Source: Squalus acanthias
Lineage: Eukaryota
Direction: 5' to 3'
DNA: 64,000 nt
Assembly (NCBI GenBank): GCA_030390025.1
Contig: CM059432.1
Coordinates: 72,232,001-72,296,000, forward strand
Of this stretch, positions 37,240 through 50,734 are shown piece by piece. The notes under the pieces are model-generated. The model had not been told where the DNA came from. It worked only from the letters and a program-made list of their open reading frames with translations, and did no database searches. The position numbers and the translations under genes are program-made. Position 1 is the first letter of the stretch; the number at the start of each line of letters is the position of its first letter.

Positions 37240-38608
37240 GTGGAGTCGGGACAAATAGCAGAATAGATAGCAAACTGGCTACAAAACAGAGTAGGGATTA
37301 AAGGTAGTTAGTCAGATTGGCAGAAGGTATGAAGTGGTGTTCCAGAGCATCGGTGCTGGGACCACTGTTCACCAGTCACACAAATTATTTGGAATCGGGA
37401 ATCAGAAGTACAATATTAAAATTTGCAGACGACACCAAATTGGGGGTTTAGTTAATACTGAGACTGCAACAGAATTACATAGAATGTACAGGACATTCGT
37501 CCCAACTGGTCCATGCCAGTTGGATTTATGCTCCACATGAGCTTCCTTGTGCCCCTCTTCATCTAAATCTATCCGCATAACCTTCTATTACTTTTTCCCT
37601 CGTGTGTTTATCTAGCTTCTCCTTAAATGCATCTTTGTTATTCGCCTCAACTATTCCTTGTGGTAGCGAGATCTAAGTTCTAACCACTCTGTAAATAAGT
37701 TTCTTTTGAATTCCGTATTGGATTTATTGGTGAATTTCTTATATTTATATCCCCTAGTTTTGGTCACCTCCATAAGTGGAAACATCTAGCCTATCAAACC
37801 CTTTCATAATCTTAAAGACCTCTATCAGGTTACCCCTCAGTTTTCTCTTTTCTAAAGAATAGAGCCCCAGCCTGTTCAATCTTTCCTGATGGGTATAACC
37901 TTTCAGTCTGATATCATCCTCGTATATCTTTTTAGCAGCTTCTCCAATGCCGCTATATCCTTTTTATAATATTGAGACCAGAACTGTGAACAGTACACGA
38001 AGTGTGGTCAAAAGCAAAGAAGTTATGTTAAACTTGTAAAGAATCTTAGTTAGACTACACTTGGAGTACTGTGAACAGTTCTGGTCTCTATATTACAAAA
38101 AGAATGTAAAAGCACTTGAGAGAGTGCAAAAAAGATTTACAAGGATGACACCAGAACTGAGAGGGTACACTATCAGGAATGGCTGAACAGGCTGGGGGAG
38201 GCAGTGGGAGTGGGGGGGCTCTTTTTCCTAGAAAAAAGATTGAGAGGTGACCTGATCGAGGTCTTTACCATTATGAAGGGGGCTCGATAGGGTAGACGTA
38301 GAGAATATGTTTCCACTTGTGGGGGAGTCCAAAACTAGGGGCCATACAGTCACTAATAAATCCAATAAGGAAATCAGGGGAAACTTATTTACTCGGAAAG
38401 TGGTTAGAATGTGGAACTCCATACTGCGTGGAGTTGTTGAGGAAAATAGTATGGATGCCTTTAAGGAGAAGCTAGATAAGTACATGAGGGAGAAAGGAAT
38501 GGAAGGATATGTTGATGGGGTGAGTTGAAGTAAGGAGAGGAGGCTTGTGTGGAGCATAAACACCGGCAGAGAGCTGTTGGGCTGAATGGTCTGTAAATTC
38601 TATGTAAT
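37240..38608. mobile_element. CR1 cluster: plus 37240-37470, minus 37475-38010, plus 38011-38608
   Basis: AAATTTGCAGACGACACCAAA (KFADDTK); two same-family 3' ends in inverted arrangement. Confidence 0.85.
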
Positions 38609-38669
38609 ACTATTACTTATTGGTGCAATTTCAGTTAGTTACACTAAGTCTGTCTCCCTAATCCTAGCA

Positions 38670-39073
38670 GCAACAACAACTTGCATTTATATGGCGTCTT
38701 TAACGTAATAAAACGTCCCAAGGCGCTTCACAGGAGTGTTATAAGACGAAAAAGTTTGACACCGAACCATATAAGGAGAAATTAGGGCAGAGGTCAGCGT
38801 CTTAAAGGAGGAGAGAGAGGCGGAGAGGTTTAGGCAGGGAATTCCAGAGCTCAGGGCCTAGGAACAGAAGGCATGGCCACCAATGGTTGAGCAATTATAA
38901 TCTTGGGGGGTGGGTTTGTGGGGCTGGAGGAGATTAGCGGTAGGGAGGGGCGAGGCCATGGAGGGATTTGAAAACAAAGATGAGAATTTTGAAATCGAAG
39001 CGTTGCTTAACCGGGAGCCAATGTAGGTCAGCGAGCACAGGTGTGATGGGTGAACGGGATTTTCTGTGAGTTT
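38670..39073 (-). mobile_element. L2 LINE 3' fragment
   Basis: SPITPVLADLHWLPVKQRFDFKILIFVFKSLHGLAPPY; (CAA)n tail at 38670. Confidence 0.9.
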
Positions 39074-41229
39074 CATGATGTCGGTGAGTCTGATCGGTAG
39101 AGAATGAGGGAGGTGGATTTATCAGTAGAAACATTAGGAGAAATCTCACTAATGCCCCTCTCCTGAAATCTGCCTAAAGCCGCACCAGTGTAGAAGCAGT
39201 TTAGCATCAGCACTAAACTCATTGTCTAGTGTAAATCGGGTGTTAAAGGCCAAACTGATCTGAAGCAAAAATGAGTGAGACAGTTTTCTCCAGGGAGTTT
39301 CACTCCACTTCACGCTAGAAGCAGATCATACCCTGACTAAGACTAAGAATTAGACTTCATTTATACGACTAAATGCAGTTTACAGTTAGTGTAAATGCAC
39401 ACAAGTTACACGTTCTGAGTTGAGGGCTGCCTGTAATTTGCAACTTGCTCACTTTAACTGAGCTGTGTATTTCCAGTTCTCGTTCAATAATGAGCACCAT
39501 GTAACAAGCACATCTTCTTTAGTTGTCAGAATCGATGGTGCCTTTATGCTGTAAGCAGTGGTTCTGCTCCTGTACAGCAATGCTGTTGTACTGCTGCCTC
39601 TGCACCATGCTGTACTTGGGCAAAGCAGAGCACTATGTGTATGTACTCGAGTGCTGTTATATTGGTGCAATTTATCAGTGCCATTTTTAAAAAAAAATTA
39701 AAAATGTAAAGGCATTCCACTGGATCTTTTTAAGCTTTTTACATAAATCTTAAAAATACGGCTTTACACTGGTCCTTGAGGTATCCATGCTTGCCAAATT
39801 CAAATATGCCTCAATTTGATGACTTCAGACCACATTTTAACCACTCTTTGTGTGACAGTACACTGCCGAAACTGCTGAATAGCTGGCCCGTTAGTCATGC
39901 TTCCTGTTTGAATTATAATTTCTGTCAGACATTCATGGAACAGTTGCAGTTATCAGAAGCTGTTGTGGTTAGGTTTTATATAACATGGTTTTGCCATTAA
40001 AGGGAAACAAGGCTCCACATGAGTGACCAGTACCCTTGTGATCCCAAAGTGTATGTCTTGGGTTGCGTAGCAATCCCTGGTTAACAATTATCTTATTTTG
40101 CAATAACACTGCACACTGAAATCTACATTGGTTTCCCAGTACATCCATCAATTAAAATGTGAAAAATAACACACTGAACCCTACTGGCAAAGACTACAAT
40201 TGCTAATAAAATTTAATGAGATTTATTTTCTATGTAGAGAAGCAAAAATATCAATCATATATTACAAAATATCACATACACTGGCAGCTGCCCAGTAAAG
40301 GAGCAGCTTTTCCTTTTCACATTCATTCAGTCCTACATAAACTGGAATGTTTGTAGTGAAGATATCAAAATAGAGTCCTTTATTGCTGCAGGAAGGTTTC
40401 AAAGCAAACAGCAAATCTTCCAGTTTATAGATATTTTTGCTTTGATGCTCACTATTGAACCAATCTTGACAACAATCCTAATCCTAAAATGCAATTCACA
40501 AATAGAGCTTTGTTTGCACCCTTAGTGAGGTTCAAACAGCTTTATACTTGTAGCTCCCATTTGTATTTTATGGTCTGGCAGAAAAGTGGTTTCTGCTTCA
40601 TAGTGATGCAAAGGGATAGTAGCATAATTCTGCAGTCAGGTTCCAATCTCGCGCCGAAATGCAGTGACACGTTTTGGGAGGTGCCATCACATTACTCAGG
40701 CTTAACACCTCGGAGTATTCGCGGTGTGTCAACTGGGTTTGAAAAGTGCTCGGGCCAGTTGGACCTCCTGCGGACTTTATAACCCCAAACAGAGGTTTTC
40801 TTAATGTTTGCGAAAGTGGATGATCCCGACCACGTTCTCGGAACATTCAAAGTTTACAGGCTGCGTACAGAGTTTTGCATATGCCTGCAAGCATGCACTC
40901 TTCTGCAGCAGAGTGCAAATTCCACCATGCAGCCAGTGGTGTCATACGAGGAGCACAGTATGACTGCAGCCTCAAGCATACAGTCTCCAGTAACCTCTGG
41001 ATCAAGAAGTCTTTTTAATTTCACTAATTTTGATCAAATGAATCTGCCTATTCTCATTTTCATTGCACCATTTTAACAGCCTCCCTTTTTAATCTGAGTT
41101 ACGATACCTATTTTATATATAGATATGAGCCTAAAAGGTAACTGGAAATCTAAATTTTTCACAGAAGTCTCCGACATTCCACTTTCCTGGCTGAAGGTGC
41201 TGTGAAGTAAGAAATAAAAGTCAAATAAT

Positions 41230-41891
41230 GGCCCGTAATTTGCGGTCAGCAGTGAAGCAAAAGCGCTCGCCGCTGGCCTCGAAGAAAGCTGCCCACAGAG
41301 ATCTCGTGATCTAGAAGTTTGCCTTTTTCGACGTTCAATTGATTGCAGCGCCCTGTAATGGGGATTTCTAGTGCAATGCTGTAGCGACGTCAACAAGCTG
41401 TCTAAGCAGCCAATCACATTGAAGAATTCTCAGACAGGAAACCAGGAAATGAGAAGCTGCTTTCATCCGGACTTTTAAAAATGTCACAGAGATCAAAATA
41501 AAGATTGGGATTGGGATTTTTTATCAATGGAGAAATTTGACACTCCACAAATGTAAAAATTAGTTTTTCAGGGCCAGAATGGTTGTTTACCAGTCAATTT
41601 GCTGTTAAAACCCCAGTTACACCTAATCCAAGAGGGCTTAACATTTAATGGGGTATTTAACAGCGATATTACCGCTGAAAAGCCCAAGCTTTTGTCTGTT
41701 TCAATGATTACCGGCTATGAGGGTGGTGCACAGTGCAGCCAGTGTCAGAGCAGTGAATGACTGACCACAACTTCAAGATTTCCGGCTTTAGATGCGCATG
41801 CGCTAAATCCTGAAGTTGCGATCAGTTTCAGAGGAGTAATGACAGCGAAGGCTGACTGTTCGCCGTCATTACCCATTGCAAAATCCGGGCC
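41230..41891. mobile_element. Non-autonomous DNA transposon, probably PIF/Harbinger
   Basis: Imperfect TIRs GGCCCGTAATTT / AAAATCCGGGCC; 3-bp TSD AAT on both sides. Confidence 0.7.
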
Positions 41892-43129
41892 AATATTACT
41901 AGGTTTTATTTCCCAGCGGCATTATCACTTTACAGTGCAAGGTGTTCAGGAATACTGTTCAAATTGTACTACAGGTATCTTGATCACTGGGACAAGGTCA
42001 CCCCTGCAGTAACTACTTCGGTACAAAGCTTTGCAAGGAGTTTACTTTTTGTCTGCATGATTATGTTTTGCATAGCTCTGTTTATAAAACTGTTTTGCAA
42101 GATACTTCAATTAACAATGCTCTCTTACTTTATTTAGCATTCAGGAATGTTGTTTTATTTTATTGCAGTTATATTCCATTGTCTTTGAAGCCATAAAGGT
42201 AAATATAATAACACAATAGGTGGAATCTGTATTTCAACAAGGTCACTGTCAATACTAAGTTAACGTTTATTTAATGCTTGTTTTTGTGTGTAGTTTTCCT
42301 TAGTTTATGGAAAATAATCTATTTAAAGCTTTGAAAAAATATATAGAGAGAGTCCTGCCAAAGTCTCCTGCTAACATTGGCAAGGGCTTCCAATATGTTT
42401 GAATTTGCGGCTGTAGCTGCTTCAGTTTTGCACGTAGGAATGTGGCTGCAAAACAAAATTACATATTCCCAAGATGTGTTTCTTGGGAGACTGTATCTTG
42501 GCAGTGTTAGATATATCAAACTGATCTGTTATTTCCATTGGTTTTAGGTAAGCTCCAAAGTCTGCAGTATTTACAGACTCCTTTTCTGAAGAAACCAACT
42601 TTTATTTTACTTTTCAAAACTTTTTTTCTCATAGTTTGTAATGCACATAAGTTGCTTTTCACTATTGCTGGATAACTTAATTTTCAGCAAATGGTTCAAT
42701 CTTCATTCACACTACATTTTACTTTCCATAGCACTTCAGAAATGCTTCAATAATCCAGTAATACATTTCCATTCAACTGCAAATTTAGTTATTTTAATAC
42801 TGTATGTACATTGTAACTTTCAAACAGCCGGTTTTGTGGAACTAATATCTAATTAATGAATTAGCATCTTAAATGTACTCCCCTGCATTAAAAAGGTGCA
42901 CGCAAAAAGGAACGTAACACTGGCTGTGTTGAATTTAATTTTTTGTCCTGCTCCTCCAAGAGATCCATGTCGCAGTCTACAGCAAATGTAGCAGTACAAC
43001 GACCCTTGTTGGAGTGCCAGTAACTTCCACCAGAGAAGTGTTTCATTTTACTGGGTTGGTGGTTGGATGTGTACGTGCACTCCAGACACATCTTAGTCTG
43101 CCTTGCATTTGCCCCCTGTCTGATCCTTC

Positions 43130-43380
43130 TTATGAGGAGAATTTTTTTACACATTGAATTATGATCTGGAATGCACTGCCTGGAAGGATTGTGGAAGCAG
43201 ATTCAGTAGTAACTGTCAAAAGGGAATTGGATTAATACTTGAAGGGGAAAGATTTCCAGGTCTATGAGGAAAGAGCAGAAGAGTGGGACTAATTGGATAA
43301 CTCTTTCAAAGAGCCGGCACAAGCATGATGGGCCGAATGGCGGCCTCCGTCTGTGCTGTATCATTCTATGATTCTATAAT
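43130..43380 (+). mobile_element. CR1 3' end
   Basis: TGGAATGCACTGCCTG...GATGGGCCGAATGG...ATTCTATGATTCTAT. Confidence 0.85.
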
Positions 43381-43754
43381 TCTAATTGCATGAATGTCAG
43401 ATTGTAAAATGGATGCTTCAAACAACTGATACTTGTACTAGTGCCACTGAAATGTTTGTTAACTTCATATATTTTTATTTCACTACTCTTTGACGATACT
43501 TTCTAAGCAGTCTAATTGTTATTCACCCATGTCGGGCAAGAGCATTAATCAATCCAGATATCAGGACTGTAAATAGATGCTCCACTCAACACCTCTTCCA
43601 CATACATGAAAAATGCATTTAATATGGACTGTTTGCGAATGCGTAGTTTACTCCGAGCCATGACACTGATGATCAGCCTCTGGTAACAGATATATGATGT
43701 TGCTCTTGTTAGTTCGATCTAGGCCATGATACAAACCACTAGTTAGAAAGAGGT

Positions 43755-44080
43755 ATAGAAACATAGAAACATAGAATCTAGGAGCAGGAGTAGGCCATTC
43801 GGCCCGTCGAGCCTGCTCCGCCATTCAATACGATCATGGCTGATCATCCAAATCCAGTACCCTGTCCCTGCTTTATATCCCCACAGTACACATATCCCAC
43901 CCTACCCCCGTAACCCCACGTATTTAATTCCCCCTAACATATCCCATCCTATCCTATCCCCATAACCCCACATATTTAATCCCCCCTAACATTAAGGGTC
44001 AATTTATCATAGCCAAATCAACCTAACCCACGCATTTTTGGACTGTGGGAGGAAACCGGAGCACCCGGAGGAAACCCAGG
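43755..44080 (-). mobile_element. CR1 tail (43755-43875) fused to an HE1 V-SINE fragment (43890-44080)
   Basis: Antisense to 24705-24808 and to 14860-14990; the HE1 part has an internal tandem duplication of about 50 bp. Confidence 0.85.
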
Positions 44081-44891
44081 TATGTTCTTAATTTAGATCC
44101 CATTTGTAATAGGAAGCTATGTAGCATTCATGGGAGGTTTTATTACGTTAAAGGCACTATATAAATATAAGTTGTTGCAGTCTGATATAATATGAATCAG
44201 GTGCAGTTCTTTTCTTAAACTAACAGACTTCATGCCAATGGGATATTTGAGTGTGAAAGTAACATTGCAAGATATAGGTGGTATTTGTTTTCATATTGAA
44301 GTCTGTTCAGATCAGTCTTTGCACCATACATATGATCAGAGAATTGCGATTTGACTGCAGGGAGACACTATTCCACTTGTGCCTGATTTTTAATAGGCTT
44401 TTTCAGTGCCGGGTCCAGAGGGACATTTTATCTGCCCTATTCATAAATATATCTGCACAAAAACAAAGAATATTAAATGCTTATGTTTTAAATCTTCCAT
44501 AATGTATACATATGCCATAAGCAGAGTTCACACCAGGAAGTATTAACATGCATTAGCAATTTTTGCTGTGGCTGAAACTTGATAACCCATGCTTAACGCA
44601 TTGATTGTGATCTGTTATGCAGAGACTTTGTAAGATCAGTGCCATATATAGCTTCCTAAAGTGTGTCCTGTGTGTACAATGGGAAACGACACAAGAACAC
44701 GTGCAGCAGTATTTGCTCAGAGATTGTGTATTTATTTTATGGGTTTGTTTAATTTGGGATTTTGTGGATTTATTGTGTTTCCTGCCCAAATTGATAGTCT
44801 GTTAGATTCTCGTAATTTATTATACAGCTTGAAGACTTTTCTGAACATCAACAATATGGACAGTGTTTAAATTATGATTTGTTTTTAAACT

Positions 44892-45122
44892 AAAGAAAGA
44901 ACTTGCATTTATATAGCACCTTTTCATGTCTTTGGGGCGTCCCAAAGCGATTACAGCCAATGAAGTGCTTTTGAAGTGTTGTAGTCACTGTTGTAGGCAA
45001 ATATGGCAGCATATTTGCAAACAGCAAGGTACCACAAACAGCAATGAGATAAATGGCCACATTATCTGTCGTTGGTGGTATTGGTTCAGGGATAAATGTT
45101 AGCCAGGGCACCAGGAGAACTC
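44892..45122 (-). mobile_element. Deu-domain SINE 3' half
   Basis: ACTTGCATTTATATAGCACC tail and antisense Deu core. Confidence 0.8.
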
Positions 45123-46974
45123 TGAAAATTTATTTTGAAAATAACAGGGGATAATTGGCAAGGATCCCACATTTTGTTGGGGATGGCGAGAGATAGCAGG
45201 CTTAATTGGCAGCTGTACTGACCAGCTGACCTTGGTCAAGGAAAGAGTCAGGAATAAAATAACAAAACTTCCTGTCCTGGGAGGCCTCAAAGAACAGAGA
45301 CACATGTTCAAAGTCAGTTCCCAATCGAGGCAACTTGGGGAAAGGCTGGAAATTAAGATATAACTAGGCAGATTTTAGCGGGGGCTGACGAGAAAGAAAC
45401 TTAAAAAAAAAAAGTTGTGTCAAAAATTCCCTCCCCTGGTATAACCCTCCAATTCAGTTTGAGCAGTGCCATGGGATATATTAATCAAAAATAAAAAGAT
45501 GTTCTTTTCTCTGAATTATATCATTTACCCATTAAATAAAAAAATCAGCTAACCATATTGTTTGTGATTTTTTTTGGTTTGCAGAGGGGTCCAATATCTG
45601 CATCAGGGATGTTTGAGGTGCTTTAATGCTGAACCCCTAATTTTCCACAATGGATCTAGGGAGAAAAAAATACCTTTTACATCATCTAAATAACTGAGAA
45701 AAAGAATAAATATTTTGGAGAGGGAGAAGGAAAGAATAAACAAACAATGTACAATGTAAACAAGTAATGCACATTCATCATGGCTGATGCGACAATGTTT
45801 TAATATAATACTAGTGATTGCTCCATGGGATTGTTCATAGAGTGGTAATTATGCAGGAGGGGTTGAATTGGGGGACAGGGGAGAGGCTGCCAGAAGTGGC
45901 GAACATGCAAGAGGGGAGTGGTGAGCAGAAGTTGGTTAACTGAGTAAATGAGGGGATGAATGAGAAGCTGCAAGAGGTGGCAAAGAGAAGCAGGCAATTG
46001 GCAGGGTGTTGAGAGACTGCAGAGAGGCCAGCAGCGGAGGGGACTAGAATCGGGCAGCTGGCTTGAAAGGGCAGTAGTAGGTGGGGAATAGTAGTGAGGT
46101 GGGCAGGAGAGGTCAGTGGAAATGGACGGTAACGTAGACAGTGGGATTAGACATGAGGCGACAGGCAGAGGTGGTGAACAGAAGTGTGCCAAGGTAGTTA
46201 GGCAACAGAAAAAGGAAATGATGACATGTACTGGGTGAATCACCACAGTGCTGGGAGGAGTGAATAGCAGGTGTTTCAGCATTACCTATTAAAGGTAGTA
46301 GTAGAATGCATTAATGTTATACTTGGTGTTACCTCTAGGTGTGTTAGAAATAGTGGCCAGCAGGCACAGCAGCACGCTGAGGAAATTTGTTGCCTGTGGT
46401 TCTCCATAGTTCTCTTTCTCAATCTATGGTATTAATGTCATGGTATTTAGAGTTACGTTAAGTATCTTGGGATGTTTTGTTAACTGTGCTAGAGGATGTA
46501 AGTTATTGCTATTGTATTGTTGAGAATTTAACATCCCACTGTAACCCTGCATATCTTTGACAGGAAGTGGAATCCTAAATGATCCAAGCAATGGAAGTGG
46601 GACTTTGCATGCTGCCTTGTGCAGTGTGTAATTCTGGGGCCTGTATTATAAAGCTCTTCAAGCATTTTTGGGGATTGAATCATCAGTTAGGTGTGTGCGC
46701 CATGCCCGCAGTCACAGTGTGGTGCTTACTTATTACCTGTATAGGGAAAAACAGCATCAATACATGAGAAACAAACATGTATCTCACAGATTGTAACTGC
46801 TGTCTGCTTTATACACACTGTATACAAGCTCCTGCATTGGAACAGAATTTTCATGGCTATGGGTATCACAGCTACCTACTGGGTATTTAGCAGCTCCCCC
46901 TCCCCCACCTCAAATTTGTAATAATCCCCATTGTATCGCACACTATTTATTTTTTTCCATTTTCTGACGACTAG

Positions 46975-47305
46975 CTTCAGTGCAGTACTGACACCGTGCT
47001 GTATTGTTGGATGTATCGTCTTTCGAATGAGGAGTTACACCAAAGTCCTGTCTGTCTATTCAAGTCTGTGTAAAAGCTCATGTAGAGTTTTCTCCCAGTG
47101 TCCAGGCCAATATCGCTCCTTCAATGAGATTAACTGGTCGTGCATTCATTTGCCATTTGTGGGATCTTGCTTTGCCCAAATTGGCTGCTGTATTTGCTAA
47201 CATAACAGTGACTACACTTCAAAAGTAATTAATTGGTTGTAAAGCACTTTGGGACAAATTGAGGATGTGATAAGGTGCTGTATAAATGCAATGCAAATTC
47301 TTGCT
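46975..47305 (+). mobile_element. Degraded Deu-domain SINE
   Basis: TTCAGTGCAGTACTGA...AAATTGGCTGCTG...GGTGCTGTATAAATGCAA. Confidence 0.75.
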
Positions 47306-47831
47306 TTTATGTAACTGTAACCAGCCCCTGTAATCTTACAGGGGTATACTCGGTGACCTTTACAATATTTCAGAATCAATTTACTATGCTGCATTGTAAG
47401 ATACTGATGTCCTTACCAAAAAAATGGATCAAAAATGCCCAGGATATCATTGATTCTGAAAAGTCTGGTTTTTTTAAATGTCAAAATATGAGTTGGTTGA
47501 TTGCCAGCCAGAAATGAGAAGGATGTTATTCACCATTAGTTAGTGCAGATGTTCATTGACTGCACCCAGAGTTGACATCAGCTACACATGAATCGAGGCT
47601 TCCTGTTCCATGGGTGCAGCCAAGTGCTGTAAATGATCTCTTCTACGTGGCATGATTAATAAATTACATGTGTGGCTGACTTAAAAAGGGAAAGTACTTC
47701 CCTAAAGTGCATCCTATCCCTTTCAAAGGAACTTGGTGTTCAGATCTTAAAGGCATCATCATTGTCTTTGTTCGACATGTGACACAAAGAAGAAAATAGT
47801 TCTCGTGGGATTCCATCCATTGTGTAGTAAT

Positions 47832-48440
47832 GGCCTGAAAATTAAACCTAATACGCAAGAGTACGCACTGTGTACTCTCGTGTATTAGGTCCCGAATTGC
47901 CGGTTTCCTGCATGCATTGCGCATGCGCGGGAAACCGGCACTTCGTGAATTGCAATGGGGGCGGTTCCTAAGTGAACCGTGTGCGCACTACAGGTTGTGC
48001 GCACGCAGTGCACTTAGTTTTTTTTTCAGGTTTGAACGCGCAGGTAAGTGGTGAAGATTTTACACATAAAGAAAGCAGGCGTAGGACCCCCTTTTAACAA
48101 GGTAAGTAGTTAATTAAGTGTTGTTTAAATTTTTTTCAACAGGTTTATCTTTTTTAGAGACTTTAAAGAAAGGTAAGTTTATTTTTATAACTTTTAAAAA
48201 GATTTTAAATTTTTTCAAAAATGTAATTTTTTGTTTAAAGTGGTTAATTTATTTAACTATACTTATTTTATTAATGTGATGGCTTTTTTTTAAATTTAAT
48301 TGAGGTTTAGCTGTTCTTTTGGGGACTTGTAGTATTCATAGCTTTGACAGCCCTTGCTGTCAAAACTATGAATGAAAGATGGTGTGCTGCCATTGGCTCT
48401 AACTGAATCACGTGATCCCAGAGCTCGCAGCCTTAACGAG
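47832..48440. mobile_element. Non-autonomous DNA transposon fragment, same family as 55008-55640 in opposite orientation
   Basis: TTTTAACAAGGTAAG...AAGAAAGGTAAGTTTATTTT is the reverse complement of 55420-55515; GGCC/GGTCC-type end. Confidence 0.6.
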
Positions 48441-49062
48441 TGGTTTTTTTTCCCCAAGCACAGTATTATGATGTGTTAAGTTTCATTTTACAGTTCATAT
48501 CTGAAAGGTACCGAACTCCTTAAAGAATATGGGACCTATATTTGAAGTGTTAGTAATCTTGCTGTCTAATTATCACCAAGAGCAAATGCCATATTTAATG
48601 ATATTACTGCCAGAACCCACTTTTTGGTAATGGTTTAACACATCAATAAATTTTTACTGTTCCTGAATTTAAAATACCATTCTAGCTAATTAGTTGAAGG
48701 ACCCTTTTAACATAAACCTTGTATTTTAAGCTTTAATGTGAAATTGCACTTGATGCCAGGGGCCCGTTCCACTACTTTAACCAGTGGTGGGGCGGGAGTG
48801 GCAGGATTGGTTTGTTTCCAGACTAAGGGCCACAGTTGACCATGGTTTATATATTGATTAACCTGGATTTAGGGCATTGAGGCCGCTAGCACAAAATGTT
48901 TTGGAATTATGCCTTGTTGGCACTTGTCAATTCATGTAATAACTCCTCAGAAGATAAGGCAAAGTTCTTTGGTGGATTTGTTAGTGGGAATCTACCACAT
49001 TTTAAAGGAAATGTTTGTTTCTTCCATTCTGCTGTTTTGGTTTCAGCTGGATCAAAGAAGAA

Positions 49063-49508
49063 TGACGAACTTGCATTTATATAGTGCCTTCGACAACCTG
49101 AAATTGTCCCAAAGTGCTATACAGCCAATTAAGTACTTTTGAAGTGTAGTCACTGTTGTAATGCAGGAAACGTGGCAGCTTATTTGTGCACAGCAAAGTC
49201 CCACAAACAGCAGTGTGATACGACCAGATAATCTGTTTTTAGTGATGTTGGTTGAGGGATAAATATTGGCCAGGGCAGTCTTGCTCTTCGAATAGTGTCA
49301 TGGGATCTTTTACGTCCAACTGAGAGAGCAGATGGGACCTCGGTTTAATGTCTTATCTGAAAGATGGCACCTCTGACAGTGCAGCACTCTCTCAGCACTG
49401 CTCTGAAGCATCAGCGTAGATTATGTGCTCAAATCTGTGAGGTGGGACTTGAACCCAAAACTTTCTGACTCGGAAGTGAAAATGCTACCATCGAGCCAAG
49501 GCTGACAC
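49063..49508 (-). mobile_element. Deu-domain SINE, full length
   Basis: Antisense head, core and tail all present. Confidence 0.85.
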
Positions 49509-49789
49509 TTGCAGAAAAGAGCAGTTCTTGAAGAAAATTTGCTAAAGCTAATGCCTTACAGCAAGAAAACATTCGTGAAGAGGTAGTAGCTGGAGAGAAT
49601 ATAACCTAGTAATATATGGGAGGATGAGGAGTTTGGTTCCCTGTGCAGTAATTGTTAGCTCATTCACTGATTTTAATTCTACTAGATGTCTATGGTCTGT
49701 AATGTGTCTAGTATGTCATCTACATCTCTGCAGCCAGATTTTTGTGTGCTTAGAGAGGGGAAAGAGGGAAGTAACTGCTTAGTGGGGTA

Positions 49790-50272
49790 CAAAAGCAAAA
49801 TACTGCAGATGCTGGAAATCTGAAATAAAAACAGAAAATGCTGGAAATACTCAACAAGTCAGGCAGTATCTGTGGAGAGAGAAACAGAGTTAACGTCTCA
49901 GGTCAATGACCCTTCGTCAGAACTAGAAAAAGCTGGAGATGGAACAGGTTTTTAAGCAAGGGCAGGGAAAGGGGGGAGGGGAGGAAAGAACAAAAGGGAA
50001 GGTCTGTGATAGGATGGAAGGCAGGAGTGATTAAGAGACGGTGCAAGGCAAAAGGAGATGGGAATGGGACAAGTTAAGAAACAAAAGATGGCTCTAGATG
50101 AAGTGTAAATGGCACTGGCAGAATGAAAGAGCTGCCATGTGGGAGAGAGAAAAATAAATGGAAGAAAAAAGAATAGGGGCAGAGGTTATGGTCTGAAATT
50201 GTTGAACTCTATGTTGAGTGCAGAAGGCTGTAAAGTGCCTAATCGAAAGATGAGGTGCTGTTCCTCGAGCTT
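49790..50272 (-). mobile_element. 5'-truncated Penelope-like retroelement (GIY-YIG endonuclease C-terminus plus pLTR)
   Basis: 50272-50186 reads KLEEQHLIFRLGTLQPSALNIEFNNFRP*; 13-bp TSD GCTTAGTGGGGTA at 49777-49789 and 50269-50281. Confidence 0.9.
49888..49924 (-). ncRNA. Minimal hammerhead ribozyme motif, GAAA box mutated to GAGA
   Basis: Minus strand: AGTT-CTGACGA-A-GGGTC-ATT-GACCT-GAGA-CG-TT-AACT. Confidence 0.7.
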
Positions 50273-50734
50273 AGTGGGGTAGTTACTTAGGAACTAACTG
50301 GCAGGTTTTAAAAAGTTTGGGGAAAAAAATTGTTAATGCAAAGAGGATGGATTAATGATTCAAATAAATCCAGCAGAAATGTTTTTTAAACTTTGGATTT
50401 TTCTCTTCTGCTCTGCCCACTATTGTGATGGAGGATTTCCAGCTGATAAATTGTGATACTGATTGATCTGTGCATGAATACAGAAAATTGTAACTTTTAC
50501 TAATGTTACTCTTCAATTGTCAGAATGCTGAATTGTTAACAGCCATACTAATTTCCTCCTCGTAAAGCATTCCAGCATAGACCAATTTTATTGTGGGTAT
50601 AAAACTAACCTCAACACGAACACTATATATCTTAATTGTTTCCACTTCATGCAGGAAATCATTAAAATCAGATTCATGAAATACAATAGTACTTGACCAG
50701 TATATTGTTTTGTTTATATAGTGCCTTAATCTTG

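Noticed and set aside
42888..43154. Zinc-finger-like CLECTYTSNHQPSKMKH peptide
   Set aside because: The second His is misplaced, the ORF starts within a CR1 fragment, and there is no convincing splice acceptor.
48020..48050. Micro-exon TTTTCAG|GTTTGAACGCGCAG|GTAAGT
   Set aside because: It lies inside a multicopy DNA transposon fragment, so it cannot be attributed to a host gene.
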